Shown here piece after piece: positions 52,809 through 64,000 of a DNA stretch of 64,000 nucleotides; the stretch's first letter is position 1, and every line of letters begins with the position of its first letter. The notes below the pieces were generated by a model. The model saw only the letters and a program-made list of their open reading frames with translations, made no database searches and was not told where the DNA came from. The DNA is from Lytechinus pictus. Taxonomy: Eukaryota. The translations under genes were made by a program, and so were the position numbers. The stretch spans positions 47,928,001 through 47,992,000 of the forward strand of contig NC_087251.1 in assembly GCF_037042905.1 (NCBI RefSeq), in the 5' to 3' direction.

Positions 52809-53141
52809 TTTTTTGTCTGGCCTGCATAGGAGAGCGAGACTATAGCCGCTGCTTTTCTGACGACGATGGCGGTATCAACTTTGAAATCTTAACCTAAGGT
52901 TAAGTTTTTGAAATGACATCACAACTTAGAAAGTATAAGGACCTAATTCATAAAACTTGGGCATAAGTGTAATCAAGTATTACTGAATATCCTACCAGAT
53001 TTTCAGGTCACATGACCTAGGTCATAGTTCATTTAAGGTCAATGAACTTTGACCATGTTGGGGAATCAACATCAAAATCTTAACCTATGGTTGAGTTTTT
53101 GAAATGTCATCATAACTTAGAAAGTATATGGACCTAGTTCA
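52809..53141 (+). mobile_element. 5' fragment of the HINE family
   Basis: TTTTTGTCTGGCCTGCATAG.AGAGCGAGACTATAG.. as at 31089; ends abruptly at the minisatellite. Confidence 0.85.
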
Positions 53142-53146
53142 AGTTT

Positions 53147-54091
53147 TGTGATTTACAGTGTAGTGTGTTGACAGTATGTCCACAAAGTGGACAATGTGAA
53201 AATGTGATTTATAGTGTAGTGTGTTGACAGTGTGTCCACAGAGTGGACAATGTGAAAATGTGATTTATAGTGTAGTGTGTTGACAGTGTGTCCACAGAGT
53301 GGACAATGTGAAAATGTGATTTATAGTGTAGTGTGTTGACAGTGTGTCCACAGAGTGGACAATGTGAAAATGTGATTTATAGTGTAGTGTGTTGACAGTG
53401 TGTCCACAGAGTGGACAATGTGAAAATGTGATTTATAGTGTAGTGTGTTGACAGTGTGTCCACAGAGTGGACAATGTGAAAATGTGATTTATAGTGTAGT
53501 GTGTTGACAGTGTGTCCACAGAGTGGACAATGTGAAAATGTGATTGATAGTGTAGTGTGTTGACAGTGTGTCCACAGAGTGGACAATGTGAAAATGTGAT
53601 TTATAGTGTAGTGTGTTGACAGTGTGTCCACAGAGTGGACAATGTGAAAATGTGATTTATAGTGTAGTGTGTTGACAGTGTGTCCACAGAGTGGACAATG
53701 TGAAAATGTGATTTATAGTGTAGTGTGTTGACAGTGTGTCCACAGAGTGGACAATGTGAAAATGTGATTTATAGTGTAGTGTGTTGACAGTGTGTCCACA
53801 GAGTGGACAATGTGAAAATGTGATTTATAGTGTAGTGTGTTGACAGTGTGTCCACAGAGTGGACAATGTGAAAATGTGATTTATAGTGTAGTGTGTTGAC
53901 AGTGTGTCCACAGAGTGGACAATGTGAAAATGTGATTCACAGTGTAGTGTGTTGACAGTGTGTCCACAGAGTGGACAATGTGAAAATGTGATTTATAGTG
54001 TAGTGTGTTGACAGTGTGTCCACAGAGTGGACAATGTGAAAATGTGATTCACAGTGTAGTGTGTTGACAAAATGTGAAAATGTGATTCACA
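53147..54091. repeat. 56-bp minisatellite, ~17 near-identical copies
   Basis: Unit TGTGATTTATAGTGTAGTGTGTTGACAGTGTGTCCACAGAGTGGACAATGTGAAAA; GTCCAC recurs every 56 bp from 53178 to 54018. Confidence 0.97.
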
Positions 54092-54306
54092 ACGCTAGAA
54101 AGCTCAAACTTAACAGTGTGAAGGTGACTACACATTATGTGGGACACCGTTATTCCCACCAACAAAAAATTAGTGACATTTTATCTTAAACAGTACACAA
54201 ATATATTTTGACAAGATAGATGAATTGAGGATATTTCACATTGCGGGCAGCTTTATTTTCATCTCACTTCCCTATTCACTTTGTTTCCTGTTCATTTTTA
54301 CTACAG

Positions 54307-54405
54307 GCCTTGAAGATAATGGATGAAGTTGGTGACTTGCTCAATGCGAAATACTCCAGACGCCAGCTGATAAAGCAAGAGTTAAATGGCAACTGCCATA
54401 CTTAG
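54307..54405 (+). CDS. SPTLC2: SPT2 exon 12 (ALKIMDEVGDLLNAKYSRRQLIKQELNGNCHT*)
   Basis: ctacAG acceptor, phase 0; DEVGDLLxxKYS motif; TAG at 54403-54405. Confidence 0.96.
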   Translation, partial: ALKIMDEVGDLLNAKYSRRQLIKQELNGNCHT

Positions 54406-54938
54406 CTTCAACTTACACTGCCTTCAGCCGAACAAATGCAATCAAGTCTTCCTACAACTCAGAACAAATGTCTTTGTAAAACTAAGTTTATTGCTTGAAT
54501 TAAATGATATTATTGATCTTCTGCATGGTTTTTGTAATAATCCATATAAAGCAACTCATCAATCTTCATTCTGAGAATTTTATTGTAGTACTTCTTTATT
54601 AATTCAGTGCTTCCTTGCATGAATAGGATTTCCAGTCAGCTAGCTTGATTACCAATGTAATATTTTTTTGTTGTACAATATTTAACCTTAATAGCAACTC
54701 ATTAATTTTCATGCTGAGAATGTTTATTGTTAATTCCTTTTTATTTGTTAATGCAGTGCTTCCTTTCCCTTACAGGATTTCCAGTAAGCTAGCTTGATAT
54801 TTGCCAACAATGCTGTATTTTTCTTTCTTCGTACAATATCCAACTGTTGTTTTGTGGTATTTAGTGTTTTATCTTTGTGCATCCTTTTCCTTCTTTCTAT
54901 AAACTTGAACAGGATTGGGAAAAGAAAATTTATGTATT

Positions 54939-54944
54939 AATAAA
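54939..54944 (+). terminator. Candidate polyadenylation signal AATAAA
   Basis: AATAAA ~530 nt after the stop, followed by GT-rich GTAGTGTGTT. The true 3' end could lie further downstream. Confidence 0.35.
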
Positions 54945-55111
54945 AAAACAAACTCGTAGTGTGTTATGAAAAATTGCCATACTGAGAAGTAAGTGGAAAA
55001 CTGGGGAGCATTTCACAAAACATAACAGTGAATATTAACTGACTATACTACTGAAATCCTTGCATCTGATTGGCTCAGAGCACTGACTAGGTGCTTCATG
55101 AAACACTCCCC

Positions 55112-55385
55112 GGGCCCCGTCTTATAAAGAGTTACGTTCGATCAGATCAATCACAACTATGGACGGCCAGCAACGTCAACATCTAAAAATGCAAATTTCT
55201 TCAAAATATTTTCTAGATATCAATGTATATTCATAAATTCATCATTCTCTTGAAGATGCAGTATGATTTTTTTCTTTACTAAAGAGATTGTGCACATTTC
55301 CTGTAGAAAAAAATTATGGTATTGATGGATTTCCATACAGGTGAGATTAATTGGATCAATCGTAACTCTTTGTGAGATGGGGCCC
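55112..55385. mobile_element. GGGCCCCGTCTTACAAAGAG-family MITE (complete)
   Basis: GGGCCCCGTCTTATAAAGAGTTACG / CGTAACTCTTTGTGAGATGGGGCCC. Confidence 0.85.
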
Positions 55386-55741
55386 TGAACTCTGTCCCTG
55401 TAAAGTGACCTTGAGAGGTTAATGATGAAAATATAACAAAAGATTCTCCTGACCAAATGTACTTTCAAAACAGACACCTCACATGGCATCTTGTCATGAC
55501 TTCTAATAATATGATACCAAGTATCAAGCGCAGTAGAGTAACTGTGCTTTATGAATGGATATACATGTATTATTATTATTATAATTATTGCTTTGGCCTT
55601 GTGGTATGGGATCTCTTTCATAAATAACTACGTCATTGATTCTAATTTCAGGTGATTTGTTGCTCAGGTTCTTTTTTTTATTGATTTACCACTCGTGGGA
55701 TGGAACATCCTATCAGCAAATGCTGTTTTTAGTAGGGGTCC

Positions 55742-55744
<3 letters not shown>

Positions 55745-55773
<29 letters not shown>

Positions 55774-56231
55774 CACTCTAATTTTTTTTTGATGGGGGTG
55801 TGCCTCACGAAACTCTGAAATGGGGGTCTAAGGAACTGACTAAAAGGGCAAAGTACGGGGTCTTGGGATCTAAATATATACCGTGTGGTGTGAAAAACGG
55901 TCTACGGAACGGGATCGCGGCACTGTAGGTAGAGCGTTGCGCATGCGCTCGCCATGCATGGAGCGGCTATTAATTATATGTTGGGAGCTGCAAAGCCGTA
56001 CGTGTAACTTTTGCATGCGGTCTCATGCTTGACAATTTTGGCAGGGCTGGGGAACTGAGATGTCTCATAACGAGGGTCTTGCGAGCGGGGCTGGGTGGCT
56101 TCTGAACTGAAAATTTGTCATTCAGAGTATCTAGGGAACTGAAAATTAGGTCTGAAAAAGGGGGTCATCAAAGCGGCACGTCCACGTACCACCAATACAT
56201 GTATATGTGAGTGCCCCCCCCCCCCCCAGGG
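55745..56231. mobile_element. CCGG(G)nCACT-family MITE
   Basis: CC(G)nCACTC ... GAGTG(C)nAGGG; 8-bp TSD ggtccata/ggtgcata. Confidence 0.8.
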
Positions 56232-56296
56232 GGTGCATACACACAAAATAAAAAGTACAATGTATACAGTCATCACCATTGCTGTACACATGCCCA

Positions 56297-56790
56297 CAGT
56301 GGCATACCGTGGGCCACAGCATTAAGGGGGCACCAGCAAAAAATTTGAGTCACTTCTTGCGCTCAGTTGCCAGGTATGACCTAATAGAGACATTTTAAGG
56401 ACAGTGCCATTAAACGGATATGTATTTCACTGATCAAATAATGCGAGAGCGAAGCCCGAGCTGAAAATTTTTGATTATCAGACCTAAAAAGGGACATTAT
56501 ATAAGCAAATTGTTGTAATCATGATACGTACCCGTCTCGCTAAACAACAATAAGAGCGCAAAGCGCAAGCTGAAATTTTTGTATACATTGACCTCAAACT
56601 GACATTTTAAGGACTATATTTTAGGATTAAGAGTATACATATCTCACCATAGTCATCTAATGCGAGTGCCAAGTGCTTCCTGATTTTGTTAGAATTACAT
56701 CTAAACACATGAAGCACTTGTAGTCTTTGTAATCATGATGACCATAGTATCTCACTACCGGTAATCAATTAAGAGCGCGAATATCTAGGC
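56297..56790. mobile_element. Truncated copy of the 12669-13595 hAT family
   Basis: CAGTGGCATACCGTGGG...GACCTAATAGAGACATTTTAAGGAC shared with 12669; right TIR absent. Confidence 0.8.
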
Positions 56791-58602
56791 CCAGTGTTGT
56801 GGTCATTAATTTTGTCAATTCCTAGTAAAATCATACCAGAATCTTTGCACAAATTGTAAGTACTTGATTAATATTACAAACCAGTGGCTTAATGAGAAAA
56901 AAAATTGAGGGGGCCAGACATGGCATATGGGGTAAAATTTCAAGAACAAAAATCTTTGACCAAGCAAACAAATATTTCACAATTTTTATACATCTTTTTA
57001 ATGATAGGTTTTGACATAATATTCAGAAAATAGAAAGTATTTCAACCCCCTTTTTTCCCCCTTTTATTTTCTCGCTTTTTTTCTATGTCAGTTCATGATA
57101 TTTGAAAAGAATTAATTTTTTCTTTTTACCAAACCAATCTTGCATCTTTGATGATAATTTTTCATAGAATTTGTGAAGTTGGTTGTTTGGAATACATCTT
57201 GTGTGCAAACTTCATAAAGGTCTAGTTTGGAAACAGATTAAAAACTATTATACACTGCAATTTTCAGGAATTTGTAAATTTATTGTGTACATAATTTGGA
57301 ATGTTTAAAATCATTTAGATGGTAAAAGATCTTTAACCCCCACACAGTACCTGTTACTATGTAACTTTTGACCAGATCATATGATGTTGATACATTATCA
57401 GACCCTCTAATAAGAAGCAAAATCAGCTCAAAAAACTGATTTTGATGGTAAAAACTTCCAGGGCTGATCAATTCTGTTTATATGAAAAATAGCATTACCC
57501 AAAGATCATGTTTTGATTTCCACTAAGATTTTGCATGTATTATCATACACACTATATGATGGGGTGTTATCATATTTAATTTTTTAAAGCCAAATTGAAA
57601 TTCTAATTCTTATCTAAATATTAGAATCTCAGTATATGATAAGAAAATAAAATATTTTGAATAGGTTTGTGTGATAAAAACATTTGATTACTAGTATTCT
57701 TTACTTGTATTCTTTACCAGCCAAAAAACGTTCCATATTTGGTTAAGTTAAATATTTTAGGGGAAAGTCTGGTCTGTGGTAGACCAGAACTGCTTGCCAA
57801 TACATGAAATTTGTAAAACATGAAATTCATCCCAAACAGCTCTCATGTCTTTGAAAAATGTTCATAGAAATTGTGCAATCAATTGTAGTACATCTGCTAT
57901 GCAAACGGCATTAAGGTCTTGTATGAAAACGGGTAAAAAACTACTGGCAATCTGTTAGATACGGTTTTGTAAGTTTCATCATATGAACCATATTATGAGG
58001 ATGTGTGAGTGCATTGAAATATAAATGCAATGTGCCATAACTGTTATTTTTTTTTACTTAGTATTCCTTTATCGTTCTCTTTTTAAAGCCAAATCAAAAT
58101 TTTAATTCATATTCAAATCTTTGAATCTCTTTCATTTGAATATTTATAAAGTATTAATTTGTTTTGCATACTTGTGTATATTTTCCTTTTTGAAATAAAT
58201 TCTGTTGGACAGTTGTTTTTCTTTTGTTCTGTATGAATGAATGGCAATGCCCATTAAAGGACATTTGAAATATGTTAAATACGGTAGATATAAAACTGTG
58301 GTATCTTGTTTTTAATTTCCCTTCAAAAGTTCAAATATCAATAATCATTTATTCTTTACCCAAATTATGAATAATCAAGATTCAAATTGAATGTATTTTT
58401 TAATGAAGCTGCTAACAGATCTAAAATCATGGTATTGGTGTTAATAATATCAAGCAACAGTGTCAGTAATATTAAGCAATAACTGTGATATGCTCTGAAC
58501 TTTGTTATTACTTTGATATATTTATGAGTAAAATTGTGATATGGATATGTACGTTATTCCCAACTGTTCTATTGAAACTCTGCCTTTCACGACTAAATTG
58601 AC

Positions 58603-59615
58603 AGCACTTACATTGGTGAGTGGATACCATGCGCGACCCCCAAAACATGGGGCACGTTACTTACGTAACGTAATAAGGGTGTCAAAAACACTATAATAAT
58701 GAAAAAAAGGGTATCTATTTCGGTTACACTTCGTAATTCCGAAGGTTCTTTATTCTGAAGGTTCGTAATTCCGAAACACGTAAATTGCCTATACCTCAAA
58801 GTTCGTTAATCCGAAAACGAAAAAGGGTTCGTTAATCCGAACATTTGTGGCGTAATTCCGAAGGTTCGTTAATCCGAAAAGGAAATGAGAGTCGTAATTC
58901 TGAAGGTTTGTTAGTCCGAAAACGAAATGAGGTTCGTAATTCCCAAGGTTTGTTAATCCGAAAACGAAATGAGGCTCGTAATTCCGAAGGTTCATTAGTC
59001 CGAAAACGAAATTAACAACGAACCTCATTTCGTTTTCGGATAAACGAACCTTATTTCGCTTTCGGATTAACGAACCTTCGGAACAACGAACCTCATTTCG
59101 TTTTCGGATTGTCGAACCTTCGGAACAACGAACCTTATTTCGCTTTCGGATTAACGAACCTTCGGAATATCCGAACCTTCGGAATAACGAAGCTTCGGAA
59201 TTACGAGTGTATACGATCTATTTCACTAGGAAAGTTATGTATTTAGGGTCAAATTTGCGAGGGTATAAAAAAGACTAAATTGTTTTATAAAGGATGTACT
59301 TTTTGCCCCGTCAACACTACGTGAATAGAGTCCTATTTGCTTGAGGTGTGGGAGATGTGGCCGTACTAAACCCAATGATGTAGGTAAAGGTAAAAGCGAC
59401 AACCGACGTCCGTGACATTACTAAAATATCGCTATACTTGTTTAGGGGTTCAATTCAGGGAATACATGTCCTTGCCAAGGGTATCGTTTTGTTTCCAATA
59501 CTTGTTAAGGGTAGGGTTTCACACGCCAATACATGCATTTTCAGAATATGGAAAATACTTGTTTAGGGTGCTCTATGAGACCCCATGGTCGCGCATGGTA
59601 TCCACTCGTCAATTG
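58603..59615. mobile_element. Relative of the 35588 MITE lacking G/C tracts
   Basis: GAGTGGATACCATGCGCGACC / GGTCGCGCATGGTATCCACTC; body similar to 35600-36080. Confidence 0.75.
58721..59215. mobile_element. Foldback/MULE-like MITE made of TTCCGAAGGTTCG repeats (nested)
   Basis: CG...CG ends with TCGTAATTCCGAAG inverted; exact 8-bp TSD ATCTATTT. Confidence 0.88.
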
Positions 59616-62225
59616 AATTGAATGCTTGAGAGCAAACATTGAACCTTTTATAGCTAGAAATTTGATCAAATGTTTAAATGGTTTGCCATATGTATGTTGA
59701 TATATGCTGATTGAAATATCCAATTGTGACTGCCTCTTTTATGTACAAGATGTTGATTGGTATGATTATTCCACTTTTCAAAATCTATGACTAAATTGAA
59801 GTAGACTTGTGCCTGTGTATTACGAATTGAAGAAAGAAAATGTGAAAAGCATTTTTCTTTCATGTAGGTTAAATCTTTGTTTATCTTCATTATTAAGATT
59901 AAAGCCTATAATTCTCCCTTGAATGTGACAAGTTGTGATGCAATATATGCATATTTTAGAGGAGTATAGTTTTTGCCATTTATGCCAATATATTCAACAA
60001 GAGTAGATTTTTTAATGAATAGATCCCTGCATTTAACTATCATGTCAAAGTCAAATGCCTGTATTTAATGAACAATTATTATGCATAAATTCTCTCAGTA
60101 TATTGCAATGTGTCCAATTGTTGTTGCCATTATGTAAAACTCTACAGGGTATACAATATTTTTATTTGAAAATATTAATAACTCCAAAGTCATTGTTTAG
60201 AACTTTTCTTTTCTTGCCATGTTTGACAACCTGATAGCGCTACCAACAACCCGGCGAAGGGGAATTCTATGAAGAACCTCTGCATATATATTTTCAGTGA
60301 ATCTTGATGAGTTAAGTATCCGTTTTGATGAGAAAGTTTATGCAGAGATCCTCTCAGATAGAGTCTCAATATTCACAAATTTTGTTACTGATATATTAAG
60401 CCTTTCAGGGTATTTATTATAAATTGTATGTCGTCATAATGCTATTCCGTTTTATTGACAAAAACAAGAGACTGTCAGCTGTAATTTCAGCAATGTAATG
60501 TAGTAGAGGTCTTGAATTTGTGATATTTTTCCTCTTTATCATATCATTTTTTCTTTCTTTCTACTTTCAATATTTTTTCTACCATTTAATACTCAGTAGT
60601 ACGATATATATATACATGTATTTAGATATAGGCATGGTTGTGTAACCTTTTTTCATAGCATTTATATAATCAATAATTGCATAACATTAATATATTGTGT
60701 AGATGTATGTCATATGAATCATATGTTTGATACTAAAAGGCATTCGTTTTGCTTGTCTATTCAATGAATGTGACGTATAGGCTTTTTTAATAGTAATCAA
60801 TTATGTAGGATAAGTTTGTAAATGATATATTTTGATGAGACATGGTTATGATGATGATGATCACTTTCTGAATCATACCAGTTGAGATTTTTACCGTTTC
60901 ATTCTGTATACATACATTATACTCTTTTATCATATATTGTGGGCATTTTTGTGGTGCGATATGTATTTTGGTCTGCTGTGCAGAACCATATATTGTACGA
61001 TGTACCTAAATTTAAATCTGATGAATTTCCATCAGGCTTTACATGTACAAAAATTTGCTGTCTAATACTGTGACATGATGGACAGAATAATGATCACTTA
61101 TATAATGATTGGATGGCACTATTAATGGGATATCATAAATATGCCACTTGCAAATATAAGTATTGCACTCATCCTTGATTCATACAATATGGCCCCAACC
61201 TGTGGAGTATGTGGAATATATCCCTTCTAAGCCGTTCAATATGATGGAATTATCTTGAAAAGAATGAATAGTGTGGAGTAACTAGCAATACAAGTTTGCT
61301 TTGTATGGAGAGGTACACGTATGTATACAGGCATTATCAGCAATTATGTCACGGTCCCTTCACCGCATGCCATTTTGTCCATGCTGGGGACATTTTGATT
61401 ACCCATTGGCTTTGTACACAAAGAGTCCTCAATATTGATTTTTTTTTACTAGGCAATTTCATAAAATATGTGGGACCCTCATGAAATTTTCTGTCTCTGA
61501 TTTCTCATTATTTTGACAGTCTGTGATGTTCTCAAAGGACCATGACTTGGTCAGTTTATGATGTGAAGGAAGACTTCAGAAAAATGGGGGTCGGACGTAC
61601 AAACAAGTTGATCATTTTATGGAATTGCCCTACTGTTGCTGTAAAAAGGCTTCAAATATTTTTACCTTGTGGATTATTTTCAGTCAAGTGAAAACAAATG
61701 AAAATATATCCATACAAAACAAGCTTCCCATAAAACTTTCCTGTGGGCCAAAGACAAATAAATCAATTTCATGACATTTGATCTTCGTGCCATACAAGTG
61801 AATTTTTAGAGCCATGAAAACGACTATTATTTTGCGAATTTTCTTTATATTTGTAAGATGAATTTATGTTTCACGAAACAAGTTGCAGAAAGAGTTGCAA
61901 TCAAACGCAACTCATAAAATTAAACACAGCATGATTTTTTAATCAATCAAAAGCATGCATTAGGGACTTGATTCTTTGAGCTACGTTCACATGCAATTAG
62001 TGTTCAAGTGAAAGGGGGAGTGAAGGTCGATTATCACAATGATCCCTGAGCTTAATGTACAAGCACATGGAACTTAAAAGAAAAAAAAAATCTTCTATTA
62101 TAGCTGTTTAAGTGTATAATCTAAGATCTTTTCTGCTAATTCTGTTTTATATCGTGTTTTTCTTTGATACTAGAAATAACATCTTTGGTATTCATGAAAA
62201 GATAACTTTGATGAAAAGAACCGAA

Positions 62226-62750
62226 ATGTACCATTTCTTTCCTCCTTTGGAAGCTCATTTGATATTGTGGCAATTTGTTAATACTTATTCTATACACTTT
62301 AGTGATAATACTCAAGGTTTTCCGGGTGGGCGTTTCAGAAAGCTGTTGGTAAAGTTACGTATGATTTTAAGCACAATTGGACATGATCTTACTTATGCTC
62401 CATGTACCATTTCTTTCCTCCTTTGGAAGCTTATTTGATATTGTGGCAATTTGTTAATACTTATTATATACACTTTAGTGATAATACTCAAGGTTTTCCG
62501 GGTGGGCGTTTCAGAAAGCTGTCGGTAAAGTTACGTATGATTTTAAGCACAATTGGACATGATCTTACTTATGCTCCATGTACCATTTCTTTCCTCCTTT
62601 GGAAGCTTATTTGATATCGTGGCAATTTGCTAATACTCATTCTATACACTTTAGTGATAATACCCAAGGTTTTCCGGGTGGGCGTTTCATAAAGCTGTCC
62701 GTAAAGTTACGTATGATTTTAAGCACAATTGGACATGATCTTACTTATGC
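62226..62750. repeat. 176-bp tandem triplication
   Basis: ATGTACCATTTCTTTCCTCCTTTGGAAGCT at 62226, 62402 and 62578. Confidence 0.95.
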
Positions 62751-63739
62751 TCTAAATCAGTTACGTGGGTATGGTATGAACATTTAGCACAAGAAAAGCT
62801 TACCAGGTCTGAGGAAGTAAGTATAAAGTTACGAACAGCTTTTTTGAAAACATCCGCCAGGTTCATGTACATGTAGTCTGGGACCCGTGGCATAAAAGTT
62901 GTGACAATGGTTGGCTTGCCATCCAATGGGAACTTAGCGTTGTAACCATGGTAATTACCATAGAACGGCAAAGTTTATGCAACAGGGCCCTGCTGTTGGG
63001 AAATATGACTTTAGAAATGGAAATGTACAAGGAATAAAGGGATATAAAGTACAATTTAGTGTTTGTCCTATGTTAAGTTGTATGCATACATTTTCTAATA
63101 TACATGTATGGAGGGTGGAGCCTTGAGCCTATAATTGTTTTGTTTTTTATGCTAGTGAAAGATGTGTGAATTGTGAACGATACTGATGCTTAGTCTATTG
63201 CCTTGTTATTCAACCCGAGAGCTATGGTTTCATCTGGGACTAAATGAAACAAAACAAACAAAAATTTTCATGTTTTCAATTCTCAATTGAATTTAATATA
63301 TAGATGCATTAAATCACAATTTAAATAATGACATGCAACATTATGCAAAATGAGATAATGCCACACAATAATATGTAATTGCTTGGAAGATATTTTCCTT
63401 TTGAAATGGAATGTTATGTTTCATGCAGAGAAATAATGCATAATTTAGCACTTTCTTATTTATGAGATTCTTACTTGCGTTACAATGACAACTTAACCTA
63501 ATTAGGTGATTTTACATATTAAAGGTAGGAGGTAGCTGTAGAGAACTGACAAAATTCGGAATTTTCTCGTCTGAAAAATTACTTTGCGGATTATTCACTG
63601 GAATGCATAATGTTTGACTTATGCTGACTTGAAATAACTTAGCTATATACATGTATATGCAGCAGCAACATCAGGTAAAGATCTGAAGCCACATCACATG
63701 CTTTTCAATGTCAGTGTAGGCTCTACCATTCTTGTATAT

Positions 63740-64000
63740 AATAATAATAATGATAATATAGAGTATTTCTAAAGCGCCAAATCCACATTGATTATGTGCT
63801 CAAGGCGCTGAAATACACTTGGTATATCATTATTACCCCGGCTGTAGCTGAGCGGCCATATAGGCGCTAAAGCATTCGAGGAATAAGTCCTACCGGGTAC
63901 CCATTCAGCTCACCTGGGTCGAGTGCGGCACAATGTGGATAAATTTCTTGCCGAAGGAAATTACGCCATGGCTGGGATTCGAACCCACGACCCTCTGTTT
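63740..64000 (-). mobile_element. tRNA-derived SINE (Nin/Deu-domain-like), head runs off the window
   Basis: Minus strand GGGTTCGAATCCC B box, CACTCGACCCAGGTG..AATGGGTACC core and (TTA)n tail. Confidence 0.8.

Noticed and set aside
53147..54091. CRISPR-like array (regular repeats with a palindrome)
   Set aside because: The units are contiguous and essentially identical with no unique spacers. It lies in a spliceosomal intron and no cas genes are present.
62112..62787. Three similar ORFs as a small tandem gene family
   Set aside because: By-product of the 176-bp triplication, which is not a multiple of 3 and is half MITE-derived.

Overview
Eukaryotic, AT-rich, repeat-dense animal DNA. The SINE/MITE repertoire looks like a marine deuterostome such as a sea urchin (inference). 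The window holds one complete 12-exon + strand gene for the catalytic PLP-binding subunit of serine palmitoyltransferase (SPTLC2/LCB2; CDS 10580 or 10535 to 54405; 552 or 567 aa; all introns GT-AG with compatible phases). It starts in a CpG-rich island that may also drive a divergent spliced transcript. Introns and flanks are packed with non-autonomous DNA transposons whose TIRs and target-site duplications can be read directly (hAT-, Academ-, Kolobok-, Harbinger-, Tc1/pogo-, MULE- and Helentron-type), decayed retroelements (Vingi/Ingi-like, Penelope-like, CR1/L2, tRNA-SINEs) and tandem repeats. Best leads: (1) a transposon end at 318-361 shaped like a V(D)J 23-RSS (CACAGTG, 23 bp, CCAAAACCC) next to a CGNCG target, i.e. 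a Transib/RAG-like element; (2) Arg at the position matching human SPTLC2 E260, where E260K causes juvenile ALS; (3) a 10.8-kb multi-level nested transposon stack in intron 1. No prokaryotic-type system (CRISPR, operon) is present.
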